Part shown: piece after piece, positions 10,359-19,645 of the stretch
Layout: each line of letters starts with the position of its first letter
Numbering within the stretch: the first letter of the stretch is position 1
Origin: Zymomonas mobilis subsp. mobilis ATCC 10988
GTDB taxonomy: Bacteria; Pseudomonadota; Alphaproteobacteria; Sphingomonadales; Sphingomonadaceae
Assembly: GCF_000175255.2 (NCBI RefSeq)
Contig: NC_017180.1
Span: 1 to 32,000 of the forward strand
Direction of reading: 5' to 3'
DNA: 32,000 bases
Program-made: the position numbers and the translations under genes
Notes under the pieces: model-generated
What the model was told of the DNA's origin: nothing
The model's database searches: none
The model's input: the letters and a program-made list of their open reading frames with translations, nothing else

Positions 10359-10583
10359 ATGTTGGCAATTCGTTTACCAGAAGAAATTGAAGATCGTCTC
10401 AGCCAGCTAGCGAAGGCGACCGGCCGGACCAAAACCTTTTATGCCAGAGAAGCTATACTTCAACATTTGGAAGAGCTGGAAGATACTTATCTTGCAGAGG
10501 CGCGTGCCATCAAAATTCGTTCAGGGAAGACTAAAACTGTTTCTTTAGAAAATGTCATGGCTGAATATGGCTTGGAAAATTGA
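10359..10583 (+). CDS. relB: RelB-like antitoxin (ribbon-helix-helix)
   Basis: 74 aa '[42 protein letters not shown]...'. RHH N-terminus, immediately followed by an overlapping RelE-like ORF. Confidence 0.85.
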   Translation: MLAIRLPEEIEDRLSQLAKATGRTKTFYAREAILQHLEELEDTYLAEARAIKIRSGKTKTVSLENVMAEYGLEN

Positions 10584-10851
10584 GTTCGATCCAGCCGCTC
10601 AAAAAGAGTTAAAAAAATTAGGAACGCAGCCAGCTAAGCGCATCTTAAAATTTTTATCCGAACGTTTGGCTTCAACCGATAATCCAAGATCATTAGGTGC
10701 TGCTTTAAAGGGGAGCGCTCTAGGCAGCTTATGGAAATATAGGATTGGTGATTATCGCGTCATTGTCGATATTGAAGATAAGATGCTGCGTATTTTGGTT
10801 GTCAGAATTGGCAACAGAAGAGAAATCTATAAAAAAGTTGTGCGGCACTGA
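10567..10851 (+). CDS. relE: RelE/ParE-family toxin
   Basis: '[19 protein letters not shown]...[36 protein letters not shown]' is a typical RelE pattern. Overlaps the antitoxin 3' end. Confidence 0.9.
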   Translation: MAWKIEFDPAAQKELKKLGTQPAKRILKFLSERLASTDNPRSLGAALKGSALGSLWKYRIGDYRVIVDIEDKMLRILVVRIGNRREIYKKVVRH

Positions 10852-10908
10852 TTGATATAACATACAGATAAATAAACGTTTTTTATATTAATCTATAATG
10901 ATAGCTTA

Positions 10909-10936
10909 ATATCTATATATCATTATATATAGATAT
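10909..10936. promoter_or_regulatory. Inverted repeat upstream of parA; candidate Par operator
   Basis: ATATCTATATAT-CATT-ATATATAGATAT: perfect 12-bp arms with a 4-bp spacer, 18 nt before the ATG at 10954. Confidence 0.6.
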
Positions 10937-10947
10937 CATACAAAGGT

Positions 10948-11586
10948 GTGCAGATGATTTATGGTGTCGTCAATACAAAGGGTGGCGTTGGCAAAACGAC
11001 GATAGCTGTCCATCTTGCGGCCTATCTTAGTACCAAAGGAAAAACCCTGCTTATTGATGGAGATCCTCAAGCCAGTTCAGCTAGTTGGGCTGCATGGCGG
11101 CGAGATAGTGACCAGAAATATCCATTCAATCCAACAACAACCTGTCTTACTGGCAAAGCGATTTATAGCGAAGGTCGCGACTTATCTTCTGGTTTTATGA
11201 ATACCGTTATCGATGCCGGAGGGCGTGATACATCCGGATTAAGATCGACATTGCTGTTATGTCAGAAAGCTATCGTTCCGGTTGGTGCCTCTAATATGGA
11301 CGCGGCAGCCTTATCTGATCTGTTAGAGGTAATAGATATCGCTCGGGATTATAATTCCGACTTAACGATACATATCTTACTTTCTCGGATTGACCCTAGA
11401 ACCAAAGATTCTGCTGAAATGCTGGCCTTTCTAAAAGATCAAAATTTGACCGTGCTATCCAGTCAAATTTGTGAACGTGTGGCTTTCCGGCGTGCAATTG
11501 GTGAAGGCGCTACTGTGGCAGAAATAAAAAAAGATACTGCGGCTATCACTGAAATAACCCATTTTTTTGAAGAGATCACAGCATGA
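10948..11586 (+). CDS. parA: ParA-family partition ATPase
   Basis: Deviant Walker A '[10 protein letters not shown]', '[11 protein letters not shown]', '[10 protein letters not shown]'. Alternative ATG at 10954. Confidence 0.93.
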   Translation: MQMIYGVVNTKGGVGKTTIAVHLAAYLSTKGKTLLIDGDPQASSASWAAWRRDSDQKYPFNPTTTCLTGKAIYSEGRDLSSGFMNTVIDAGGRDTSGLRSTLLLCQKAIVPVGASNMDAAALSDLLEVIDIARDYNSDLTIHILLSRIDPRTKDSAEMLAFLKDQNLTVLSSQICERVAFRRAIGEGATVAEIKKDTAAITEITHFFEEITA

Positions 11587-11858
11587 ATAGAATGAAACGT
11601 AAACCCGATGTCAGCAAGTTTCACTTATCTAAAGACCCAGATGATTTTCTAAATGGAGCCATCGCGGATAAGGCTGAAAAGAAACAATCGAAAGTCGAAG
11701 TCAAGAAAACTGAAACGCAGCAGAAAATTTTTCGATTGCCCGTCGATGTTATTAATGCATTGAAATTACATGTTGCTCATCAACAGGTCGAAACAGGGCA
11801 GAAAATAAGTGAAACGAAAATTGTTGAAAAGCTATTAAGAGAATATTTAAAATTATAG
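11583..11858 (+). CDS. Small RHH-type centromere-binding (ParB/ParG-like) protein
   Basis: Overlaps the parA stop. C-terminus '[44 protein letters not shown]' is RHH-like. Confidence 0.65.
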   Translation: MNRMKRKPDVSKFHLSKDPDDFLNGAIADKAEKKQSKVEVKKTETQQKIFRLPVDVINALKLHVAHQQVETGQKISETKIVEKLLREYLKL

Positions 11859-11931
11859 CATTATAGCATTATAGCATTATAGCATTATAGCATTATAGCA
11901 TTATAGCATTATAGCATTATAGCATTATAGC
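11852..11931. repeat. 10 perfect tandem copies of the 8-mer ATTATAGC; candidate centromere/iteron array
   Basis: Counted directly. Starts inside the last codons of the RHH gene (stop at 11856-11858) and extends to 11931 plus a partial unit. Confidence 0.85.
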
Positions 11932-12648
11932 ATTTACTAGAGGTGCGGCTAGAATTTTACACAACAGGTATTTTAACACTTTAAAAATTTGGCTCCTCAA
12001 TAATGATATAGCTTAATGCATGGCGCATCATTTTTCTGAAATCCAAAATCCTATCAATTTAACAGAAAACTAAGTAGAGATGTCGCATATAAACAGCGCG
12101 AAAATGACATTCGATATCATCAATTTAATAAGAAATCAGATCTATATATATGGGTTAAAATGATAGTCATAGTTGCGACTTAAAAATGATATCATGTTAT
12201 AATGATATTTTGATAACATTATAGATTTATATATAAGTTGTATGACTAACACTGCTATCATATTGGTCAAAAATAACAGAATATAAGCCTTAATTAGATG
12301 ATCGGCAGCTTAACGATTTGATGATCATTATTCCTAATATGATATCTATCGATCCCCCCCCATTTTGCTAAAAAATAGACAATTTGCTTAAATGCGCTGC
12401 CTTGAGATGAAATGAGATGAGGGTTCCAGCTTGTTTTTAGCTATATGCCGCTTTATAAGGCTAAATACGGAGGATTTAGGGTATGTTTGAGCTGTATCGA
12501 TTTGAGCAAAAATAGGGGGGCAAATTTACCGGGGGCTTTGGTTGGCATCGAACGCAAGGGGTCTAAAAAAACATTTCTGAAATAATGTTATAGAACTTAA
12601 AAAGAGTAAGTTGTTTACTCCCTTTTCTAACGGATACCTCTTTTAAGA

Positions 12649-12850
12649 TTACGCTGCCACTGCCCGCCGGACGGCATCTGGTTCTTTCCATAAAATCTTC
12701 AATAGCATCCTGATGGCAGGATCGAGAGCCACGCGTCCCTGTTCCCAATCCTGCCAAGTAGCGAGCGGTATGCCCATCAGATCAGCGGGACCTTTTCTAG
12801 ATTATACTCAAAGCGTGTTGGACAGTCTTAGTCGCCGGATATACATTGGA
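12649..12850 (-). pseudogene. Remnant of an XRE/HigA-type HTH antitoxin
   Basis: The reverse strand reads '...SRKGPADLMGIPLATWQDWEQGRVALDPAIRMLLKILWKEPDAVRRAVAA*'. Upstream 'IRRLRLS' lies in another frame, indicating a frameshift. Confidence 0.6.
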
Positions 12851-13114
12851 AAATGTTTCCTTATCTGTGCCGTCTACATCTACCCGATGGAGAATATCTT
12901 ACATCAATCGTATTCGATAGCCATTCTCGATCTACATGGTCGCCCAAATAATGGATATTTGGCTATTCACTAACTATTTTATTTTTAACTTATAAGAGAC
13001 TACAATATTATTTTAATTAAACATAGTTACCAGATAATAGATGATAAAATACATCATTCAAATTATGGTACGATATATTATAATATTGAGTGATATAAAT
13101 AGGAAATATTATTT

Positions 13115-14713
13115 ATGCATCTACTAAGCGCTCATATTACTAATTTTCGCCGCTTTGCTGATTTAACTATCAAAGAAATACCTAAAACAGCAAAACTAGT
13201 AGTGTTGGCTGGACCGAATGGATCTGGTAAATCATCATTTTTTGATGCCCTTCTTCTTCGATATCGTCTTGACAGTCATTTCGGTTGGAATGGCGATCAA
13301 AAATATTATAATCGACAACACAGTGAGACAGCTACTTGGGATAAGAGAATTACTGTTGAAACAGACTGTGGTAATACTTTGAATCGAGGTAACGTTTATG
13401 TTCGTACAGCCTATCGAAACGATCCAGATTTTCAAACAACGGGTCTAACACGCCAAGAGAATATCCTCGACAACCCTCCTCTTCATCGTATGATTGAAGC
13501 TGATGCTACTGTCAGTGTGAACTATCAGCGCTTGGCATCACAAGCAATGGAAGATGTTTTTCAAAAAGAATCTCCTACCACAACTATAGGACAATTTCGT
13601 GAAAACTTAATAGGTAAGATCGGAGTATCATTGAATCGATTGTTCTTAGATCTGAATCTAATTAGTGTAGGTAATCCAGTAGATCATGGTACCTTTGAAT
13701 TTAGCAAGGGGATGTCAAAGAAATTTGAATACAAAAACCTATCTGCTGGTGAAAAGGCTGCTTTTGATCTTATTCTTGACCTTGTCGTTAAGCGAGATAG
13801 CTATAATAACGCAATATACTGTATCGATGAGCCTGAAACACATATGAATACACGGCTGCAGGCTGCTCTTCTCAAAGAACTTGTTGAATTAATTCCAGAT
13901 AACTCCCAGCTCTGGATCGCATCACACTCAATAGGAATGATGCGAAAAGCACGTGAAATGTATGATGCTGATCCTTCATCTGTAGCGTTTATCGACTTCA
14001 GTGGAGTTGATTTAGACGAACCTGTCGTGCTGACACCAACAAAGCCAACACGCGCATTCTGGAGGAATGTTATGCATGTTGCGCTTGATGACCTAGCCGA
14101 ACTAATCGCACCTAAGCAGGTCATCATTTGCGAAGGTAATCCATCTGGAAATGTGCCGCGAAAAAATTCAAATCATGATGCTGAAATTTATGGAGCAATT
14201 TTTGCTGAAGAATTTCCTGATGCTACTTTTATTTCAGCCGGTAATTCGAAAGAGGTGCAGAATGATTTTATAGGTTTGGCCGCTGTATTACCGAAACTGG
14301 CTACGGGTATAGAAATTATCCGTCTTATAGATCGTGATGATTATACAATTGAAGATATTAACGATTTTAAAAATAAAGGTATCCAAGTATTAAGCCAACG
14401 CCATATTGAATCCTACCTTTATGATGACGAAGTGCTGATTGCTTTGTGTAACTCCGTTGAAAAACCTGAAAAGAGTGCTGATCTCATAGATGAAAAGAGA
14501 AAAATTATCGACGAGATAGTAAAAAATGGAGCTCTAAGTGATGATATAAAAAAAGCTGCCGGAAAATTATCTGTCAAGGCCAAGAAAATATTGGAGCTAA
14601 GACAAGCTGGGAATGACACCCCTGGCTTCGAGCGTAATACACTTTCAAAAATCATTAAACCAAATATGGGCATCTATAAAAAATTAAGATTTGATATATT
14701 TGGCTTGAGATGA
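13115..14713 (+). CDS. AAA ATPase with C-terminal TOPRIM-like domain (OLD-like), candidate defence protein
   Basis: Walker A 'VVLAGPNGSGKSSFFDAL', ABC signature-like 'YKNLSAGEKAAFDLILDL', Walker B 'YCIDEPETHMN', H-loop 'IASHS', then 'QVIICEGNPSG' and 'LIDRDD' resembling TOPRIM E and DxD. Confidence 0.8.
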   Translation: MHLLSAHITNFRRFADLTIKEIPKTAKLVVLAGPNGSGKSSFFDALLLRYRLDSHFGWNGDQKYYNRQHSETATWDKRITVETDCGNTLNRGNVYVRTAYRNDPDFQTTGLTRQENILDNPPLHRMIEADATVSVNYQRLASQAMEDVFQKESPTTTIGQFRENLIGKIGVSLNRLFLDLNLISVGNPVDHGTFEFSKGMSKKFEYKNLSAGEKAAFDLILDLVVKRDSYNNAIYCIDEPETHMNTRLQAALLKELVELIPDNSQLWIASHSIGMMRKAREMYDADPSSVAFIDFSGVDLDEPVVLTPTKPTRAFWRNVMHVALDDLAELIAPKQVIICEGNPSGNVPRKNSNHDAEIYGAIFAEEFPDATFISAGNSKEVQNDFIGLAAVLPKLATGIEIIRLIDRDDYTIEDINDFKNKGIQVLSQRHIESYLYDDEVLIALCNSVEKPEKSADLIDEKRKIIDEIVKNGALSDDIKKAAGKLSVKAKKILELRQAGNDTPGFERNTLSKIIKPNMGIYKKLRFDIFGLR

Positions 14714-15127
14714 CCTGTTAGCACTTGAATTTTAATTTATATTGTAGAGATAGACAGAAGAGACACGAATTTCCTTTTACCGATGAAACCTAGTCAGTCT
14801 GGGTACACCCAGTTGGGAAAAACAGCTTTTGACAAGCGTGGATTCGACACCTTTAGGGATACTGATGTTGCCCCTTTACCTAGTGAAAAGCAGATCATAG
14901 GTAGTCAAATATACGTCTACGTCGCAGGCCGCTTAAAATATCCCAGCGGGAATTCTCGCGGATGTTCCATTTATCTTTTTTAACGTTGGTTGATTAGGAG
15001 TAAGGCCGGAAAAAGTTAAATGCAGCTTTTTTGAATTACTTAGCTTTAATCAAGATTCTATACGTCAAATAATAGAATGGCTCATGAATAATGCAGCTTA
15101 AAATAAAAAAGAAGTAAGTTGTCATAC

Positions 15128-15300
15128 CCTCTTTTCTAACGAGTAGTCTTTTAAGCCGCCACTGCTCGCCAGGCAGTGGCTGGACCAAAAACTGTATCTT
15201 CATCAGTGGTCGTAGTCAGTCGTTTACGGTCAACACGGCCACTATAAATACCTAAATCTTTAAACAAGGTGCCAGTATCTTTAAACACTTTTACTTTTCC
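15128..15300 (-). pseudogene. Small gene remnant ending '...ATAWRAVAA*'
   Basis: The reverse strand reads 'VFKDTGTLFKDLGIYSGRVDRKRLTTTTDEDTVFGPATAWRAVAA*' with no credible complete ORF. Its 3' flank resembles the flank of the 12649 remnant. Confidence 0.3.
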
Positions 15301-15454
15301 TGATTACAATTCAATAATATATTTTTTGCTATTAGTGTTTTTTCTGGAAGAGATTAACGTTGCTCATTGGTGATTTTATCCATAAGCAAGCGGATATCCT
15401 TCGAAAGACTAAAGTCCCTTTGTCCTAACGCTTATCAACTGGCCTATACCTTAA

Positions 15455-15736
15455 TCAAAACAACTCTGAATGAGATCCTAGCCGCACCAAATGAAGGGTG
15501 TATTCGTCAGGCTTCCGGTAAATTAAAAGCAAATTAGGCTTAATGTGACATTCCCGATGGTCATTCCAGTTTCCCGTCAACGAATGATCCTTCAAACGAG
15601 GAGCTAGCATAACGTCACTGGCTAGATGGGTAACGACAGGAATAAAATATTTATCTAACTGCGGATCTGACTTTCGTTCTCTTTTGTAATCGCGTTTAAA
15701 TTGAGATGTTCGCTCAATCATCCGCATGAAGGTCAT
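15455..15736 (-). CDS. yafQ: YafQ-family mRNA interferase toxin
   Basis: '...FKRDYKRERKSDPQLDKYF...LKDHSLTGNWNDHRECHIKPNLLLIYRKPDEYTLHLVRLGSHSELF'. A likely alternative start is a few codons in. Confidence 0.9.
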   Translation of the reverse strand: MTFMRMIERTSQFKRDYKRERKSDPQLDKYFIPVVTHLASDVMLAPRLKDHSLTGNWNDHRECHIKPNLLLIYRKPDEYTLHLVRLGSHSELF

Positions 15737-15977
15737 CCATCAGAGATTGAACACTGTCGAACTTTTTCATTTTACCGGCACGCGCGTCTTTCATGGCAGC
15801 CAATGTCTTTTTGTTTGGAGTCAAAGGGTCAAAAGGCAGAGCTTTTTCTTGAACGACTTTTGTCAGCATCATGCGGACAGCATCAGATACCGTCAGACCA
15901 ATGCTTTCTAATATAACAGCAGCCTCCTGTTTTATCTGTCCGTTAATGCGAGCCTGTACGAGCTGATTAGCTGCCAT
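15714..15977 (-). CDS. dinJ: RelB/DinJ-family antitoxin
   Basis: 'QARINGQIKQEAAVILESIGLTVSDAVRMMLTKVVQEKALPFDP'. Overlaps the yafQ 5' end. Confidence 0.92.
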   Translation of the reverse strand: MAANQLVQARINGQIKQEAAVILESIGLTVSDAVRMMLTKVVQEKALPFDPLTPNKKTLAAMKDARAGKMKKFDSVQSLMDDLHADD

Positions 15978-16152
15978 TACTTCCTCCTATATGAATGACA
16001 ATGTAATACATGTTATCATTTATATAGCTTTTTAGAAAGCATCATTCCTCTTTTAAAGCTGCATGTGCCGCAGTGAATAAAAACTTCCCCCTGTTGGAAA
16101 ATAGCCAATATAGAATTGGGAATTGGCTATTCAGGGGGCCTGAATTTATGAT

Positions 16153-16605
16153 TTAACTGAGGAACATCCCTACTTCTTTTATGCCTTTAGGGAGATTCTT
16201 CGCCAAGCTGGATGCAATACGGTATTTAGAATCCCATGGGATATGGTCTTCCATGGGTGCTAAAAGCCCAATAAGTATTTTCTTAAGAGAAGATTCATCA
16301 GGTAAAAAAGTCTTACCGTTACAATCGAATGTCTGCGGTTTTTGGTAAACCTTACCAAGCAATTTCGGAGGGTTCTCTTCGAAAGCCTGTTCAACAAATT
16401 GTAGCCAAGATGGGACACTTTTCATGTGTCCCAGTTCCAAATAGGAAATCGACTGCTGTTTTAAGTCAATCTGAACATTGTTAGCTTTGGCAACCTGAGT
16501 AGCCTTTTCCGCCAGCACTCGCGTACTCCAGTCTCTCAACAGGCGTTCTTGGCGAACCCAGTTCCGGATGTAATCGATTTGGTCTGACTTTTTCATAACA
16601 TGCAT
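16153..16605 (-). CDS. Putative HTH (XRE-like) regulator
   Basis: 150 aa 'RLLRDWSTRVLAEKATQVAKANNVQIDLKQQSISYLELGHMKSVPSWLQFVEQAF' resembles an HTH_XRE fold. Confidence 0.5.
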   Translation of the reverse strand: MHVMKKSDQIDYIRNWVRQERLLRDWSTRVLAEKATQVAKANNVQIDLKQQSISYLELGHMKSVPSWLQFVEQAFEENPPKLLGKVYQKPQTFDCNGKTFLPDESSLKKILIGLLAPMEDHIPWDSKYRIASSLAKNLPKGIKEVGMFLS

Positions 16606-16852
16606 GTTTTACAACCGCTTCAAAAGCGTTTGTTAATCAATGTATGTGTGACTGAATTGTTAATTTTTTATTTTTTTACAAAATTCAATAATTAAATTGA
16701 AAAATACAAAATAATTACATATGAACAACAAATATAAGGTTACGACTCTAATTACGACTCTGTCAGTAGAGGCATTTTAGACAGCAATATGTATTATTTT
16801 TCAATAAAAATTTTACAAAGAATCTTTGTAGATTTTAATTGCGGGCAAGCTG

Positions 16853-17131
16853 ATGACAAATAAATCAGTTACATTGCAGGCTCATAAATTATCGGCAGAT
16901 ATTCCCTCAGGATATTGTCCTTATTGCGGCTCGCGCGTGCATGTCTTGTCTAGTCACATGCAATCGGATTTGATCCGAGACAGTTATGTTGAATGTAATA
17001 ACAAGCGGTGCGGTCACCGCTTTGTATTGCAGATTTCATTCATTCACACAGTTGAAGAGCCAAAGTTTTTTGAGATCTCGCTGAATCTTCCGAAATCTCC
17101 GAAATTAAAGGCGCGTCAAAATGACAATTAA
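16853..17131 (+). CDS. Ogr/Delta-like zinc finger protein
   Basis: 'YCPYCGSRVHVLSSHMQSDLIRDSYVECNNKRCGHRFVLQISFIHTV' has the C-x2-C...C-x4-C arrangement of phage Ogr/Delta activators. Confidence 0.8.
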   Translation: MTNKSVTLQAHKLSADIPSGYCPYCGSRVHVLSSHMQSDLIRDSYVECNNKRCGHRFVLQISFIHTVEEPKFFEISLNLPKSPKLKARQNDN

Positions 17132-17438
17132 AACAGCCGAAAATATGCCTTCTGTGGTCGATGGCGAGATCAGCACATTCAAGCAGAAGATTAGTAACGC
17201 CATGTATCTTTATATGGGGCAGATGGAATGTGGCCTTCGCCTGTTGATGGATCGCTTGGAAGGTATTCGTCGGGCAGAAGAGACCCGCTCTTATGCTTTA
17301 CTGGAAAATGTCTCAAAAGATGAATTCATAAGATTTAATACTGAAATATTAAGTCTTATCGAGGTGATTAAGCGTTCGGCAACTACGGCCAATGAAGGCT
17401 TGAATAGCTTTATCCAAAACTTTGGTTCGTCTTTATGA
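17121..17438 (+). CDS. Hypothetical protein
   Basis: 105 aa ORF overlapping the Ogr-like gene, same strand, tightly packed in an apparent operon. Confidence 0.5.
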   Translation: MTIKTAENMPSVVDGEISTFKQKISNAMYLYMGQMECGLRLLMDRLEGIRRAEETRSYALLENVSKDEFIRFNTEILSLIEVIKRSATTANEGLNSFIQNFGSSL

Positions 17439-17562
17439 CCCATTGTTTTTTCAGCCTTTCCTATTTGGAAAAGACCTGTTCTGTTTCCGTCAGTTCTAAC
17501 CTTGGGTTTCTGGCCGATGCCTATTCGGCAACCCCTCATCTTCTCATTGGAGAGACCGTCTT

Positions 17563-17814
17563 ATGAGTTCTATTCATGCGACCGAAGAGCTGACTGAAAA
17601 GCTCCAATCCATTATCAGCCTTGAAGAAGAAAAGGCGCGTTTGGATGACCAGATTGCCGAAGCCTATCGTGATCTGAAAGGTCAAAAATACGACATCAAG
17701 AAGGCGAAGTTTGCGGTTAGCCGTTCGCGGAAAGGTCATCCTGAAAACTCTATTCGTATTCTGATCAACCAGATCGTCAATGATCGGGCGATGAGCCGGA
17801 AGCTTGTTCCGTGA
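17563..17814 (+). CDS. Small coiled-coil hypothetical protein
   Basis: 83 aa 'MSSIHATEELTEKLQSIISLEEEKARLDDQIAEAYRDLKGQKYDIKKAKFAVS', charged and helical, in an operon-like context upstream of the rep candidate. Confidence 0.55.
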   Translation: MSSIHATEELTEKLQSIISLEEEKARLDDQIAEAYRDLKGQKYDIKKAKFAVSRSRKGHPENSIRILINQIVNDRAMSRKLVP

Positions 17815-17864
17815 TCAGAACCGGCATCCCCTTTCTCTATCTCTCTATCTCAAATTCAGGCCTG

Positions 17865-17897
17865 CCACAGCGGAGAATCTTCGCTGTGGCTTTTTTG
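17865..17897 (+). terminator. Rho-independent terminator/attenuator in the probable leader of the rep gene
   Basis: GCCACAGCG-GAGAATCTT-CGCTGTGGC followed by TTTTTT; perfect 9-bp arms. Confidence 0.8.
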
Positions 17898-17920
17898 CGT
17901 CCAAGACCGGAGCCCGCACA

Positions 17921-19504
17921 ATGACCGCCTCTTCTTCATCATCTCATTTCGTGGCGTCATCTCCTATGTCTCCTTCACTTAATGCCGACTTGTCCTCTTC
18001 TGACTCTGCCTCTTCTGCGACCCTGTCGGACGCCTCTGTTCTTTCTTCAGAGCCTGTCTCTGTATCTTTTGAACAAATGACGCCCACAACCAGTCCTTTT
18101 ATCGACAGGCTAGGCCGTTTCAAGCGCGGCACCTATCGAATAATGTTGATAGAAACCGGCATGCCATATGACAGCGCAAAGATCATGGCGGATCAGGCCG
18201 CAGAACAGCATAAAATAGACCGCATATTCTCTAAATCAATGCCACTGGCCAATAGCGTCGCCCCCGAAATTCCGGCCTCAAATACCAATCTTGAGGTTAC
18301 GGCCCCCGCATCAGAAGCGTTCGACGAAATCGAATATTTTGATCAGATGGTGTCTAGCGGGTGTGATCCTGAAACCGCTGCCGATATCGCCCGTAAAACG
18401 GCTGAGACCAGACGCAAAGACCCTCTCGAACGAGCCACCCGCTATAAAATCCGCCGTCGGACTCCTGATCCTGTGCATCGGGACTCTTATGAGGTTGGCG
18501 AGCGCGAGAAGTCGGTCTGGAAACCAGTCAATCCGCAAGAGATCGGTGCCTATCTGGAAGCGGTCGATCAATATTCGATCAAAACCAAGGGCTTAAGCGA
18601 TAAGGCCGTTCGTCTTCTAAAGATGCTGTTTCGGATGGTCGACTTTAAAACTGGCCGTCTGGAACCGACCCTTGATACTATTTGCGATAGTGTCGGCTAC
18701 GCCCGTGCGACGGTCGTCAAATTACTACGACAGCTACAGGATTTAGGCTTCATCCGCTGGATACGCCGGTCAATCAAGATCAAGGCGGACGGCAAAGGTC
18801 CCCGCCGCAAGCAGACCAGTAACGCCTACGGCTTCTTGTCTCCCAAGGCTTGGCCAGAGTTGGCCAGACAGGTTTTCGAGCGCGTCATGCGCCGGAGAAA
18901 TGCGCCTATTCCTGACGATATTGACCACGCCCAAGAGGCGGACAAAGCCGAAACCAAAGCCATAATCGAAAATCTTCCCCCTGTTGAATTCATGAAAGAA
19001 ATATCGGGGGCAAAAGCGCCTAATGCGCTCACAGATTCATTGATAGAGCTTGCGAAATCTATCGAGCGGGCAGACCAACGGGAACAAGAAGAACCGGCTA
19101 AGAAGGCTGCACAGGCCGATCAGGATGAGGTTAAAACATCTTCCCAAATACCTAAGGAGGATACCTCAAAAAAGCCCCAAATCTCGGACAATCAACGCGA
19201 GTTCAATTCTTATACTCTATCCTGTTATAGTTATTTATATAATAACGACGATCACAAATTTGAAACGACAGAAGAGAATATGGACTGTCTCGCTCCTGCT
19301 AACGCAGGCTCGACAGGCGTTGTTTTAGACACGAAACCTGAACCTGACCGCTTCACAAAAGAACTTCATACCCTGAACCTCCGGCATGATCAGGTAGCTG
19401 CTATCCTTCAACACAGGAACAAGCGGAAAGAACAGCGCATGATGCCCCTCTCACCAAAAGATATCGCCGACCTCCTCGTTAAAACCGGACAGATGCGCCC
19501 ATGA
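17921..19504 (+). CDS. Winged-helix/HTH protein, probable plasmid replication initiator
   Basis: The largest CDS in the probable plasmid core. wHTH segment 'LEPTLDTICDSVGYARATVVKLLRQLQDLGFIRWIRRSIKI...RKQTSNAYGFLSPKAWPELARQVFERV'. The tracked ORF opens at 17804, but ATG 17921 lies after the terminator. Confidence 0.55.
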   Translation: MTASSSSSHFVASSPMSPSLNADLSSSDSASSATLSDASVLSSEPVSVSFEQMTPTTSPFIDRLGRFKRGTYRIMLIETGMPYDSAKIMADQAAEQHKIDRIFSKSMPLANSVAPEIPASNTNLEVTAPASEAFDEIEYFDQMVSSGCDPETAADIARKTAETRRKDPLERATRYKIRRRTPDPVHRDSYEVGEREKSVWKPVNPQEIGAYLEAVDQYSIKTKGLSDKAVRLLKMLFRMVDFKTGRLEPTLDTICDSVGYARATVVKLLRQLQDLGFIRWIRRSIKIKADGKGPRRKQTSNAYGFLSPKAWPELARQVFERVMRRRNAPIPDDIDHAQEADKAETKAIIENLPPVEFMKEISGAKAPNALTDSLIELAKSIERADQREQEEPAKKAAQADQDEVKTSSQIPKEDTSKKPQISDNQREFNSYTLSCYSYLYNNDDHKFETTEENMDCLAPANAGSTGVVLDTKPEPDRFTKELHTLNLRHDQVAAILQHRNKRKEQRMMPLSPKDIADLLVKTGQMRP

Positions 19505-19645
19505 CCCTGTCAGCTGTCATTCTGACAGATCACCGTCTGTTTATCCCTCCGGTGCTGTTCGCTTCGCTCACAGGCGCGGCGAGGAAGGAATTAGAGTTTT
19601 CGGGAGGCTATCAAATTTCTAACAATTCGCATTATCGAAATGTGC

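Noticed and set aside
11852-11931. Tandem repeats as a CRISPR array
   Set aside because: 8-bp units without spacers and no cas genes; better explained as a centromere-like or simple tandem array.
12713-12973. 86 aa plus-strand ORF
   Set aside because: The reverse strand carries a clear HTH antitoxin C-terminus, so this ORF is a shadow of the remnant.
14783-14983. 66 aa ORF after the AAA ATPase
   Set aside because: No motif support and no operon-like overlap; left uncalled.
16613-16630. Imperfect inverted repeat (ACCGCTT-CAA-AAGCGTT) upstream of the HTH gene at 16153-16605
   Set aside because: Arms are short with a mismatch; plausible as an operator but not strong enough to call.
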